64,000 nt of DNA, from contig OZ024757.1 in the NCBI GenBank assembly GCA_964016885.1, forward strand, positions 21,018,001 to 21,082,000. The letters run 5' to 3'. Below are positions 1 through 13,097 of this stretch, in pieces; within the stretch, counting starts at the first letter, position 1; each line of letters opens with the position of its first letter. Below the pieces are notes generated by a model that made no database searches, was not told where the DNA came from, and saw nothing but the letters and a program-made list of their open reading frames with translations. This stretch comes from Eledone cirrhosa (Eukaryota). The position numbers and the translations under genes were made by a program.

Positions 1-211
1 TTTATTGGTACTACTGACAACATGACAATCTCCAAATATAACAATATTGCTCCAGTTTACTCAGCTGTAGAAATGAGATGATAGGGACTGGGGTCCCTAT
101 CATTCCACTGCTAAGTGGTCGTGGAGGTGCCACGGCAAAAAAGCACCCAGCACTCAATGTAATGAATACATAACAAATCATCCTTTTTTTATTACTATAT
201 ATATATATATA

Positions 212-598
212 TGGAGGCACATGGCTTAGTGGTTAGAGCATTGGCCTTGCAATCGAAAGGTTGTGAGTTCAATTCTCAGACCGGTGATGTGTTGTTTCCT
301 TGAGCAAGACACTTTATTTCACATTGCTCCAGTTTAGTCAGCTGTAGAAATGAGATGATAGGGACTGGGGTCCATATCATGCCACTGCAAAGTGGTCGTG
401 GAGGTGCCATGGCAAAAAAGCACCCAGCACTCACAGTAAATGAGGTTGGTGTTAGGAAGGGCATCCAGCTGTAGAAATCAAGCCAGCGTCAGTTCCCGTC
501 CCACCCTTGCAAGCAGGGAAAAGCTGACGTAAAATGATGATGATGATGATGACGATGATGACAACGACGATGATGACGATGATGATGATGATGATGAT
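212..598 (+). mobile_element. tRNA-derived CORE-type SINE with RTE-derived tail
   Basis: A/B-box-like head tggcttagtgg...gagttcaattc, CORE-like ccttgagcaagacactt...ccagttta.tcagctgta, RTE 3' UTR segment and (GAT)n tail. A partial copy lies at 45-160. Confidence 0.8.
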
Positions 599-1329
599 TG
601 GTGTCAACACATGATTTCACATCAAGAATCTTGCAGAACACAAATACAGAAACTTATCTATATTTCCAAGAAAGAGAAATAAAAGAAGTGTTTGGGATGT
701 TCTCAGCTGGCAATTATTATGTAAGTCCACCATAACATTGTATATCATGTTGTTTTACATAATTAGGGATCAATGGGAAGTGTGTATATGTGTACGTGTG
801 TGGGTTGGGGGAGAGGGGGGCAATGAGGAAGTAATGCTGATAGGTGGTGGGGGGGGGGGCAGAGAGTAGAGGGGAGAGGTATGAGGGTGAGAAAGGGAAA
901 GGAGATAGAATGAAAGGGGAGGGGGGAAAAAAAGGGGTTGGCAATGAGGAAGTAATGCTGAGGGGGGGGGGGGGGGAGAAGAGGAGGAGGAGGGTGATAG
1001 AGAAAAAAGGAGGGGGAAGAGGAGGGTGAAAGCAGGGGTGAGAAGAGATAGAGAAACAGGAGAAAGAGACAGAGAGTGTGTGTGAGTGATGTAGTGTGTG
1101 TGTGTATGATGTAGTGTGTGTGCGTATGTGTGTGTGATGTAGTGTGTGCGTGCGTATGTGTGTGTGATGTAGTGTGTGTGTGTGTGTGCGTATGTGTGTG
1201 TGATGTAGTTTGCTGGCTTCTCTAAACAGGAAAGAAAGACATTAAATCTGAGATTTTAGTTGCTCAAGATTAGAGGAACCAAGTAAACATACATAATGGA
1301 GTGTTAATGTAGTCCCAGCAATGGTGTAG

Positions 1330-2190
1330 AGTGTCAGGGTGTGTAGGGTGTAGGGTCTGAGGGTGTAGGGTGCCAGGGTGTAGGGTCTGACTGAGGGTGT
1401 AGGGTCTGAGGGTGTAGGTCTGTGGGTGTTGGGTGTAAGGTGTAAGGTGTAGGTCTGTGTGTGTAGGGTCTGAGGGTGTTGGGTGTAGGGTGTAGGGTCT
1501 GAGGGTGTAGGTCTGTGGGTGTAGGTCTGTGGGTGTTGGGTGTAGGGTTTGAGGGTGTAGGGTGTCAGGATGTAGGGTGTAGGGTGTGAGGGTGTGAGGG
1601 TGTAGGTCTGTGGGTGTTGGGTGTAGGGTGTAAGGTGTAGGTCTGTGGGTGTAAGGTCTGAGGGTGTTGGGTGTAGGGTGTAGGGTCTGAGGGTGTAGGT
1701 CTGTGGGTGTAGGTCTGTGGGTGTTGGGTGTAGGGTTTGAGGGTGTAGGGTGTCAGGATGTAGGGTGTAGGGTGTGAGGGTGTGAGGGTGTAGGTCTGTG
1801 GGTGTTGGGTGTAGGGTGTAAGGTGTAGGTCTGTGGGTGTAAGGTCTGAGGGTGTTGGGTGTAGGGTGTAGGGTCTGAGGGTGTAGGTCTGTAGGTGTAG
1901 GGTCTGAGGGTGTAGGTCTGTGGGTGTAGGTCTGTGGGTGTAGGGTCTGAGGGTGTAGGTCTGTGGGTGTAGGTCTGAGGGTTGAGGGTGTCAGGATGTA
2001 GGGCGTCGGGTGTAGGGTGTAGGGTGTGAGGGTGTAGGGTCTGTGGGTGTAGGGTGTGAGGGTGTAGGGTCTGAGGGTATGGGGTCTGAGGGTGTGGGGT
2101 CTGAGGGTGTAGGGTCTGTGGGTGTAGGGTGTATAGGGTGTGTAGTCTGTGGCTGTAAGGTTTGAGGGTGTAGGGTCTGAGGGTATAGGG
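1330..2190 (+). repeat. G-rich minisatellite of GGGTGTA/GGGTCTGA-type units
   Basis: Direct reading; includes a larger internal duplication (~189-bp period around 1560-1930). Confidence 0.9.
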
Positions 2191-3014
2191 TCCGCGGGAG
2201 GTGGGGGTGTGGGGGCTACAGTGCTGGGGTGGGTGGGGAGAACGTATATACAGGATAGGATAGAGATCCCATAACTCCTTGTGGAGTCGTAGAGGCAGTG
2301 TCATATGGTGTGTCTAGGGCACTTTTAACCCTGGGAGAGCCCAACCCTCGCCAGGCCTGAACACAGCCAATTTTTCTATAGAGGAAGAAACGGCCCCAGT
2401 ACTGGACTGGTACTTTTTTTTATCGACCTCGAAAGATGAGAGGCAAAGCTAAGCTCGGTGACATTCGAAATAGGAACACAAAGGGCCGCCGCTCTATGCT
2501 GCGAAGCATGTTGTCTAACGCTCTACCGATGCTTCAGCCCTTCATTCATAATTTTTTCAAAATATTCATAAATATTGAAAAGACACACACCACACACTCA
2601 CACACACACCCATGCATATATACATACACACACAAGAATTAATTTATTTATTCTGTCTGTCAGAAGCAAATAGTTCAAGTTCAAGTGAAATGAAGAATGG
2701 TTTGAAAATGTAAGAGTAAAAAAGCAGATAAATCGATAAAGTTTGGACGAGATAAAGAAGAGAATCATGTGGAAAATAATAGCTGATATCAGAGCTAAAA
2801 GAAAGGTGGCAAAGATAAGTCTTGTAGCTTGAGGACGGCTTGAGAACAAATCAAAAAAGAAAGATTGGAAAGAAATCAGAGAAACTTTGGCAGACAGGAG
2901 AAAAGTAAATTTGTGAAATCAGTTCAGTGCAAAGAATTTTATTGGAAGTGAGGAAAGCAGAAGTCACTGATGCAACTAGTTTAGCTTTTCCAAATATATA
3001 ATATTTGTGTTGAG

Positions 3015-3050
<36 letters not shown>

Positions 3051-4440
3051 ACACACATGTAATAATATATATATACATATATCTATGTATGTATATATAT
3101 TATATATATATATATATTATGTATATATGTACATATACATATATGGAGAGAGAGAAAGAGAGAGGCAGAGAAAAAGAAAGAAAGAAAATTGTCTAGACTG
3201 AGAACTGCTCTAATGATTAATTTCAATTATGGAATGTTGCATAAACTTGGAATTTCAGTTGTGAATTGAAAACTATCTGGAATTTACAGTATGGATGTAA
3301 AAGAGCTCTAAATATGATAGAAAACTATATCTTTACTATTATGTTATGTTCCTCTATTATAAATAGGGACATGTGTTATTTTAAGAAGCTTCTAAGCACT
3401 TACAGTTTCACCATATGTTTTATAAAAAAGAATTTTGCCCAAATTTACCATTATTATATGATCATGTTCAAATCCCGTCGAGGTTAACTTTGCCTTTCAT
3501 CCTTACGGGGTCGATAAAATAAAGTACCAGTAATGTACTGGGTATTTGCTGGCCTTGTGCCAAAAGTAGAAACAATTATATGATCATGAATACAAACAGA
3601 CAAAATGGGGTTCCTCTGAAGGGTTTATGAAGTAACATTACTCAATAGAGTGTGTAGCTTGGAGATGAGAGGGTCACTCCAGGTAGAGCTGCTACTTCTC
3701 CAAATTGAGAGATCACAGCTCCAGTACTATGAGCAGGTGGTTAGAATGTCTCAGGAAAGAATTGCAGGACAGATTTTATGAGCAAAAGAAATTGGCAGGA
3801 AACCCAGGGGTAGACAATGAGCAAGATGGTTGGATAACATCTATGAGCCTGGCTGGTCTTGAAGAACGACAAATACCTTAAATTTGAATAAAATGGTGTC
3901 TGTCTATTCTTCAGGCCCTAAGTATGTACTTATTTTGCTTAATGGTTAATTCATCTTTGCTTGTACCACATTAGCAAGACATTCTGGTACATTCTGGTAT
4001 AAAACATCACAATGATTGCACCACTCTAAAATTTGAAGTATTTATCTTAGTTTTTTTATTGGAAATTTTCACAATGATCTGTCCACTGGTAAAGACACTT
4101 TAAACATTTGACTTAACAAACCTGATCTTAGATATTCTCTGCTTGCTAAGAGTTAAACAATAAGGTTTGATTTGAATGCTATTTCTAGCAAACTAAGAGA
4201 ACTTGTAGATGTAGTTTGGTGCAGTATTTCAATCAATGTACTTTGTGAACATCTTGTCAACATCTTAGTTTATTAAATATTTATTATTGTTTTTCTTTAG
4301 GTTTTATTATGTCTGGGAGTTTTTAGTTTTGATTCTGACTGAGACAAGAAATGTCAACTCCCATACTGCTAAGTAGCGGAAAATTCTTTAAAATTGGTTT
4401 ATAGGTGATTGGCAATCCTGCAGAGAATTTAGTCATATAG

Positions 4441-4474
<34 letters not shown>

Positions 4475-5088
4475 TTGTATGTGTGTGTATGTGTGTGTAT
4501 GTGTGTGTGTGTATGGCTGGCTGGGGATGTGTGTGTGGCTGAGTGTGTGTGTGGCTGAGTGTGTGTGTGGCTGAGTGTGTGTGTGGCTGTGTTTGTTTCT
4601 GTATCAATGTGTGTGAATGTCTCTCTCTCTCTCTCTCTCTCTGTATGTGCATGTGTGTGTATGTCTATGTATGTGTACCTCTTTCTCTGTATGTGTGTAT
4701 GTATGTGTACCTTTTTCTCTGTATGTGTATGTGTGTGTATGTATGTATGTCTGTCTGTCTGTATCTCTTTCTCTGTGTGTGTATGTATGTGTACCTCTTT
4801 CTCTATGTGTGTGTATGTATGTGTATCTCTTTCTCTGTATGTGTATGTGTGTGTATGTCTGTGTACCTCTGTATGTATATGTATGTGTATGTATATATGT
4901 GTATGTGTAAGAAATAAAGGTCACCAGTGCTGTTAAGTAGTATGTAACCAGTGCCACAGTAATTCTGTAGTGCTCTAGTGTGTAACCAGTGTCTGAAAGC
5001 CCTATGAAAATCCTACAACTAATGGAAACTTGTTTGTTTTTGTCATTTATCAAAAGATATATCTAATAGTTTCAAGTCTACAACTTAA

Positions 5089-5701
5089 CCCTTTAATGTT
5101 CAAACCGGCCAAAACTGGCCAGAATTCTCTACCTCTTTCTGTTGAAACTGGCTGTAACTGGTCGCTCAAACTGATGTTAAGGTATTGTTCTTAAAATAAA
5201 TACTTTCAAAATCTCATAGATTCGATATTATGTGAGATAATTATGTGAGGTAAAGCCATTACCATGAAAATATAATAGTATATATATAGAGTTATCATCA
5301 TCATCATCATTTTACGTCCACTTTCCCTGCTTGCAAGGGTGGGACGGGAACTGATTCTGGCTTGATTTCTACAGCTGGATGCCCTTCCTAACACCAACCT
5401 CATTTACAGTGAGTGCTGCGTGCTTTTTTTCCGTGGCGGCTACACATCCACTTTACAGTGAGAGCTGGGTGTTTTTTTGCTGTGACACCTCCACGACCAC
5501 TTTGCAGTGGAATGATAGGGACCCCAGTCCTATCATCTCATTTCTACAGCTGAGTAAACTGGAGCAATGTGAAATAAAGTGTCTTGCTCAAGGGAACAAC
5601 ACATCACCCGGTCTGAGAATTGAACTCACAACCTTTCGATTGCAAGGCCAATGTTCTAACCACTAAGCCATGTGCCTCCATGTAATTTGAATGCTAAAAG
5701 G
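5089..5701 (+). mobile_element. Same piggyBac-type MITE, interrupted by a SINE (5293-5681)
   Basis: TTAA|ccctttaatgttcaaaccggcc...gaatgctaaaagg|TTAA, with roughly one internal unit. Confidence 0.7.
5293..5681 (-). mobile_element. CORE-type SINE (RTE tail)
   Basis: Reverse complement of the 212-598 family. Confidence 0.8.
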
Positions 5702-5802
5702 TTAAGGATATGAAAACTTGACAAAGGCTGGTTTTCCAGTCACAACTGGAGTCTGCCGGCCATGGTGATGGGAAGTGCCCATATATAATGTGTTGTCTAC
5801 AT

Positions 5803-6085
5803 CTAAAGTCTGTCTTGAGCCTGGAGACTCATCAGGTTAGTGTTTATCCCAGTTTCTGTAGTGTGAAGTGACTGAGAGTACAAGACTTCCCCCTGGAGAG
5901 GTCACCAGTCCATCACACAGTTAAATCTCCAGCCACTGCTGGTACTCATTTCAGCTGAGTATACTGGAGCAATGTGAAATGAAGTGTTTCGCTCAAGAAC
6001 ACAAGCCACAACCAAGTCCAGGAATTGAACCCATCACATTATAATCCTAAGTCCAACACCCTTATCACTAGGCCAAGCACCTCCA
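5803..6085 (-). mobile_element. Older CORE-type SINE, same subfamily as 33041-33325
   Basis: Reverse-complement similarity along its whole length. Confidence 0.65.
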
Positions 6086-6659
6086 CCGGGATGAGGAGGG
6101 GGTGAATATTGAAGGGTGTGTAATGAGAACAAACTTCAGGCTGGATCAGTGCTGGACTTACCTATAAGCTAAATAAGCTATAGCTTAGGGCCACATACCC
6201 AATATTTTAGAAATATATTTTTATTTTTCTATGCATCAAATGGAATAAATCAATGAAGTAGTTAAAAGAAACATTTCGTAATTAATTTAATTTTGTAATC
6301 ATTAATAAATAATAATCATGTAGAATTATTTAGAATTTTTTTACCCAAATTTATTTCAGCTTTCAGGGCCTCAAATTTCATACAGCTTAAGGGCCTCAGT
6401 TTTACCTGATTACTTTTACACCAAGGTAACTTTGCTACACATTGCTGTCAGAAACTCCTGGTTCACCTCCTCAACATGCTATTGTACATGTGGCACCACC
6501 TATACACCAATTTCTTTACACTTTACAGTTGATATCACTGTTTTCATATCAAAGAGGGGCATAACAATATTTGAGATGTTGAGCTGGGGTATGGTGTACA
6601 AAAGGTTGGGAACCACTGGTCTAATCACACTGGTAGTTTGTTTGGGAACGTAAACCTGC

Positions 6660-6702
<43 letters not shown>

Positions 6703-6714
6703 CATCATTCCTTC

Positions 6715-7140
6715 ATCAACTTCTTCAAGTTTCACCTGGAAAGGAAGGTGAGGGTGGAGAGAGAAGTCCACCCCCCCCCCTCCTGTACATTTGCTAAAAG
6801 GTGGATGAATGTGGCAAGAATGGCTAATTTGAGGAGAGGGGTGCTCTCCCTGGGTGCCCTAGAAGCGCAATGTGGTTCAGGATTGGTGGGCTACCTGAGC
6901 CACCCCTGGGTCGTCCACCCCTCCTATAGGGGAATTTATTTTGTTATATTTATACATAGTTTATTTTATATTTGTATATCTTCATTGTTAAATTAGTCTT
7001 GCCTGCCATTGTGTACTTTTACTCGACCTTATTGTAACCCCCCCCCCCACACACACACACACACTGTCCCTGTCTTTGTATTGTCCCCTATGTGTCGGCC
7101 CTTGTGGCCAATAAATGAAATCATTATTATTATTATCATT
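6715..7140 (+). mobile_element. 3' end of Tx1/L1-like LINE (ORF end plus 3' UTR)
   Basis: FFKFHLERKVRVERE..FAKRWMNVARMA, followed by a UTR ending ccttgtggccaataaatgaaatc(att)n. Confidence 0.55.
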
Positions 7141-7619
7141 AAGGGCGGTGGATTGGCAGTATCGGTAGAGAGTCGGACACCATGCTTTGAAGCGTAGAGT
7201 TACGTCCCTTTACGGTCTGAGTTCAAATCCCGTCGAGGTTAACTTTGCCTTTCATCCTTACGGGGTCGATAAAATAAAGTACCAGTAATGCACTGGGATA
7301 ATTGCTGGCCTTGTGCCAAAAGTAGAAACAATTATTATTATTATTATCATTAAGGGCGGTGTATTGGAAGTATCGGTAAAGGGTCGGACGCCATGCTTTG
7401 ACGCAGAGTTACGGCCCTTGCCATTCTGAGTTCAAATCCCGCCGAGGTTAACTTTGCCTTTCATCCTTAAGGGGTCGATAAAATAAAGTACCAGTAATGT
7501 ACTGGGTAATTGCTGGCCTTGTGCCAATAGTAGAAACAATTATTATCATTAAGGGTGGTATTGGCAGAGGGTCGGACACCATGCTTCGCGGCATAGCTTA
7601 CATTCTGAGTTCAAATCCC
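7140..7619 (+). mobile_element. Head-to-tail cluster (~2.5 copies) of a second tRNA-derived SINE family
   Basis: ggcggtggattggcagtatcggtag...gagttcaaatcccg.cgaggttaactttgcctttcatccttacggggtcgataaaataaagtaccag...ctggccttgtgccaaaagtagaaacaatt. The central domain resembles the Meta/Sauria-type SINE domain (from recall). Confidence 0.75.
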
Positions 7620-7807
7620 CTTCTGATGAATCAAGACAGACATAACATCTGCCTTCAAGAAACCATTGGTAAATGAAATAATTATCTTATGTTGTTTATT
7701 ACATAACTATATATATGTGCTGTACAGATTGTTTCCAAAGAACATTTAGAGATTCAGTATTGTATTATATATACTGTAAAGTGTACACACACACACATGT
7801 ATGTATA

Positions 7808-7841
<34 letters not shown>

Positions 7842-8358
7842 CACATATATATACATATATATGTGTATATACATATTATAAACTGTATAATATTATATAC
7901 CGTAAACATATTTTTCAAAGAACATTTACAGATGTTAATTTTGATAACAAAGACATCATCAATAACAACAATAACAACAACAACAATAACAACAGCAATA
8001 ACACCAATAACAATAACACCAACAACAACAATAAATATATGAGAGTGGAGGATAGAAAAATAAATGTAATGAAAGATATTTCTTTTCACAAATATTTCAG
8101 ATATTACAAACTATAAAAATGGATTTATAAATGTTTTCTTTAACATTTTCTTATATTCTAGCTAGAGGTTGTAAGTGGGAGCAATATGAAAATGCAATGT
8201 GTAGAGATGTGAGACATTTGTGGTAGAGAATTTATTGGTATATCTTCTCACAGGTTTCTTTCATCTTCTTATCAATATAGAAATATACAGAAATGCTTTC
8301 AATGATAATACTTTATCAGTTCATTCACCTCTTAGTCTCTCTCTCTCTCTCTTTATGC

Positions 8359-8404
<46 letters not shown>

Positions 8405-9717
8405 GGAGAGGGGAGATATTGTGTTTACTAGTTTTCAAGAATATCTCCATAATGTAATTTCATGTTGTTTGTTAATTCAAATGTTTATAGATCCTTGTGA
8501 AAATTTGTAGTATTCGACTTCAATTTTTAATGTGATGCTATCACAGCGCTGTTTTCTTCTACCGCCACCACCACCACCACTATCACTATCATCCTTACCA
8601 CGCCTAATACTACTATTTTGAAATATATTTTTGTTCCTTGGAACTAATTCTAACCCCCCTCCCACCCACCACCATAAGCAGTCATCTCAAGTTCTAGCAA
8701 TTATTCTAAGATAAACATACCTGGAATCCTATAAATTGAAAAACCACAACATGCAGTAATTAAAGAGAGTGACTTGAAATAAATACACAACAGTCTTCAA
8801 GATGTGTACAAAGCAAATGAGAGTTTTAAAAGGTTTATCTCCCCTTTCCTCAGCTCTTCTCCCAAGAGAACACAGATACAATTAGGTAAACATTTGTTGC
8901 TTTTTTTCATATATGAGCCACTCAGGGGCGAAGGGTCTGTGCATGCAACGCATGCAGTGCATGCGTTATAGAATCTTGAGTTGATCAATTGCGTCAGATG
9001 AAGCAAGCAGAATTTTGACTGCTTACTAAAACGTATAGACTCAAAAAAAGATAACACACACATACACACACACACAAACACATACACACACACATACACA
9101 CAAACATACAAACACACACACACATACACACACACACAAACACACGACAGCTTTGGGGCAAGCAGAATGTTGACTGCTTACTAAATCGTAGACACATAAA
9201 AAGATAACACACACACATACACTAGATAACACTACATGCAGCTTTGACAGGGAGGGTCATTTAGAGGGAATGTGTGTGTGGGTGGGGGGGGGGGGGGGGT
9301 AAGGCTGCACAGCCCCACTTTCCGCCATGGCGATTGGACTGCATGCCCTTCTTCCCAGGTTACCCTTCGCCACTGGATCCACTCACACACACACACACAC
9401 ACACACACATACATGCCTGATGCATACACATATACACAAGTGTACTGTAGCAACAGAGACATGTCTGAAACAGATAGATGTACTCAACCACAGACACACC
9501 TGAGGTATGTACACATAGCTAGATTGACACACACCTACAGACAGATGTACTCAACCACACACATATACAAACACACACATATATACCAGCACCACTGGAA
9601 GGCCCAGATACTCAACAACACGCTCCCGCAAGACTCTATACACACTCTGCACTCCTCTCAACATCCCCATCTTACACTACCGACAGTGAGTCTTATGTAT
9701 GAAATGGTTAGATTAAT

Positions 9718-9978
9718 TTACATGACATGGTCTTGGAGGATGACCGATGGGTGAAGAAGTGCCAGGAAATGCCAGTTGAAGGAAGACGTGGTAGAGGTAG
9801 ACCACGAAAAACATGGGCGAAGGTGGTGAGAACAGACCTCAGATCATTGAAGCTCACGGTGGAGATGACGAGGGACCGTGACGAGTGGAGAGATGCTGTG
9901 CTGAATAAGACCCGTCCCACCCTTGCAAGCAGGGAAAATCTGACGTAAAATGATGATGATGATGATGATGATGATGAT
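9718..9978 (+). mobile_element. RTE LINE 3' fragment (short-tail subfamily)
   Basis: Near-identical to 25090-25320. Confidence 0.8.
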
Positions 9979-10055
9979 GGCAATGTAATTATATAACAAA
10001 TATTACTGAACACAACAAATATATAAATTGTGACAACAGCCAATTTTATATTTTA

Positions 10056-10638
10056 CTAGCAGTGGTACCCGGCGTTGCACGGGATAAGGTATTGTGAAAT
10101 ATATAACCGCCTTAGCTAAGCTTAGTACTGCCACAACCACGGCTGGCAAAGAAGTAAGGGTCTGGTGGTACGTAAGTAAGCAGCACTGTGGCTTAAAACG
10201 TGAGGAAGAAGTTGTGTGCACTTACCAACTGTTTGGGGAATGAGTGTGAGATTTGTCTTGAGCAAGGGTGGCAGAATAACCGGAGGCAGCAGACAGCCAG
10301 ACATACAGACAGATATTATAAGGGCGTGTTCTGGACGCAGAGCGAATTGTAGGAAGTGACGTAATGCAGACAGCCAGACATACAGATAGATATTATAAGG
10401 GCGCGACGTTATATGTATGTATCTATCTAAAAAGAGAAAGACTAAGAATTATAGAGAGAGATCGCTAAATCGCCTAATGTGGTCCCTAGGGCATTGAAAA
10501 TTTGAAATATATTTTGCTCAGAACACTTTCCTGAAACATAAGTATTACATGTGTAAAGTTTGAAAACAGTCGGTTGGGTGGTTCTCTAGTTTTAGGGATT
10601 CAAACTCACACAGACATCCTCAGTTTTATATATATAGA
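10056..10638 (-). mobile_element. Non-autonomous Helitron
   Basis: Minus strand starts A|TCTATATATATAAAACTG and ends with hairpin cccgtgcaacgccggg followed by CTAG|T. It sits between A and T with no TSD. Confidence 0.75.
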
Positions 10639-11339
10639 TAAGATGAAAACATTTTTCATTTCAATGTCTAAATAAATAAAAAAAATTATATACATGAAAA
10701 ATGAGACTTTCCGTAAATATTCAGATATAAGCCGATCCGAATATAAGCTGATCCTTGGATTTTATGTCTGAGAAATCTTGCATACATTAATTTCAATTCT
10801 TCTTGTTAATAACTGCATTGTTTCTTTCCTGGAACTATTTTGAAAACTAAATCTCAGTTAGTCATTCCATGAGAGTACCTTGGTCAGCCTATGAACTTTT
10901 CTTTATTTTTAAAACATTTTAAAATTAACAAATGTGTGTTTAGAAACGATGAGCAAGATTTGAAATCAGAAAGTTAGAAGATTCATTGAAATTTCTGACT
11001 ATAGGAAAGTAGTTTAAATTATAAAAGAAAGGTTCAACAAAATTCTAGACCTCATTCACTGACTGAGTTTGGTGGGAACTCAACAAATAAAACCAAGGAA
11101 ACAATGTTTCCATTGGTCTTTCCATTGCTGATACTATCTACCAGTTGCAACTCTTGACAGAAGGTTTTTCATAGGTTTTTCCAGTTGCTAGTACTATCTA
11201 TCGGTCACAACTCCAGGTAGAAGGAGCAACGTGAAATAAAGTGTCTTGCTCAAGGACATAATGCATCACCCGGTCCAGGAATCGACCTCACAACCTCACG
11301 ATTGAGAGTCCAATCCTCTAACCACTCAGCTACACGCCT

Positions 11340-11990
11340 TATAAACGAACTAAGGAAAAAATTAGAGATAAGAGGGATCAGATGTTGTTTACTCGAGAGA
11401 AGGCTACGTTGGTATGGACACGTGATGCGCATGAAAGACGATAGCTGTATAACAAAGTGCAGGGCAATAAAGATAGACGGTAGCCACGGAATAGGCAGAC
11501 CTAGAAAAACCTGGGACGAGCTGATAAACTCCGACCTCACACACTTACACCTCTCCAAGACAATGTCACTGGACCGAGGCCTTTGGCGGTACTCAGTAAC
11601 AGAGAAGACCCGCCTTGCCAGTAGGCATCTCTAACAAAATACACCCCCGTCCCGCCACCACCCCCACCCATCCACACCACCCCGTCCTATGTAAAGTTAT
11701 GTTGGTGCCGCGCCATCCAGGCCGAAACAAATGAGATCGTGTAGGTGTCACGACAAAAAAAAACACAGTCCACGCTGTAATGTGGCCGTGTAGGCAACAC
11801 GGTAAAAACCTCCCAGACCCACACTGTAAATGTGGTTGGTGTTAGGAAGGGCATCCAACTGTAGAAAACCTGCCAGACAGTCCTATGCGAGCAAGACAAT
11901 CACTCTTGCCTCAAGTGGGACTACCCCCGTCCAAACCCATGCAAGCGTGGAACACGGACGTTAAACGTTGATGATGATGATGATGATGAT
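11340..11990 (+). mobile_element. RTE LINE 3' fragment (long-UTR subfamily), abutting an inverted SINE head at 11225-11339
   Basis: [28 protein letters not shown]...GRPRKTW, 3' UTR and (GAT)n. UTR-only relatives lie at 18884-19305, 23508-23943, 26088-26330, 45148-45450 and 63606-63755. Confidence 0.82.
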
Positions 11991-12356
11991 ATATATATAT
12001 ATATATATATATCCCCCGCAAAAATTCACCCTTTCCCACGAGTGATGGCAAATGCCCAAAACTCTGAGTTGGAACCATCAATGTAAGCATTCAGTTGAAC
12101 TCATAACCTCACGATTGCAAGTCCAACTTTATAGTAAAAAATTTGATGAAGATTTCTAACTTTCTCATGGACTTTCTCATGTTTAAACATTATTTTCATG
12201 CCAGGGGTAAATAATTTGTAGATCTCTCTCTCTCTTGGTATATCTCACTATCTCTCGCACTTTAAAACAAAATTAGATGAATAAAAAGATAAGAAAATTT
12301 CTTTTTTATAAGATTGCCTGAAATGAATGACAAGGAACTGTGTGGAATGTACTTAC

Positions 12357-12409
12357 CATTTGGGCTGATGTTTTCGGTTTCAGCTTTATATCTTTTACTT
12401 TTTCATTTG
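12357..12409 (-). CDS. NAV2: Next coding exon (53 nt) of the Neuron navigator gene, CH domain continued
   Basis: Minus strand reads tttatttctgttacag|CAAATGAAAAAG...GCCCAAATG|gtaagt. The phase-1 start joins the 118-nt exon in frame, giving (V)TNEKVKDIKLKPKTSAQM, similar to NAV VANEKIEDINGCPKNRSQM. Confidence 0.9.
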
Positions 12410-12469
12410 CTGTAACAGAAATAAAAGGAAACATTTACTTACTAGTGTATATATGTTTTTTATGAGGCA

Positions 12470-12980
12470 TACATAATATATAATACATATTACATACTAT
12501 ATAATCCACATTATATAATATATAATACACATTACATACTATATAATACATATTACATACTATATAATCCACATTATATAATATATAATTCACATTACAT
12601 ACTATATAATTCACATTACATACTATATAATCCATATTACATATATAATTCACATTACATACTATATAATCCACATTATATAATATATAATACACATTAC
12701 ATACTATATAATCCATATTACATAATATATAATAAATGTTACATACTATATAATACATAAAACATTACATAATATACAATACATATTACATAATATATAA
12801 CACATATTACATAATATATAATGTACATTAGATAACATAATACACATTGCATACTATATAATGCATATTACATAATATATAATGTACATTAGATAACATA
12901 TAATACATATTGCATACTATATAATTCATATTACATAATATATAATACATATTACATAATATATAATTCACATTACACAA
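12470..12980. repeat. AT-rich ~21-bp minisatellite (cacattacatactatataat variants)
   Basis: Direct reading; starts ~60 nt upstream of the 12409 acceptor. Confidence 0.85.
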
Positions 12981-13097
12981 ACAACAACATATAATTCAAT
13001 CCACTTACTAAATGAAATATATAAATCTTAAAAGACTAACATTTCCAAAACAAATAAATATGTTAACTTAAAAACCTAAATCTAGACTGAAGTAAAA

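Noticed and set aside
212-285. tRNA gene-like heads in SINE copies
   Set aside because: They have A/B-box-like motifs but continue into SINE bodies and do not form a full cloverleaf.
4323-4436. Minus-strand peptide LLSSMGVDISCLS, faintly like the next NAV CH exon
   Set aside because: Lacks the expected ENI..CL.FL motif, runs into a stop, and has no suitable donor.
6148-6617. Possible hAT-type MITE ends (cagtgctggactt..., ...ggttgggaaccactg)
   Set aside because: Only a 5-bp terminal match and no 8-bp TSD found, so too weak to call.
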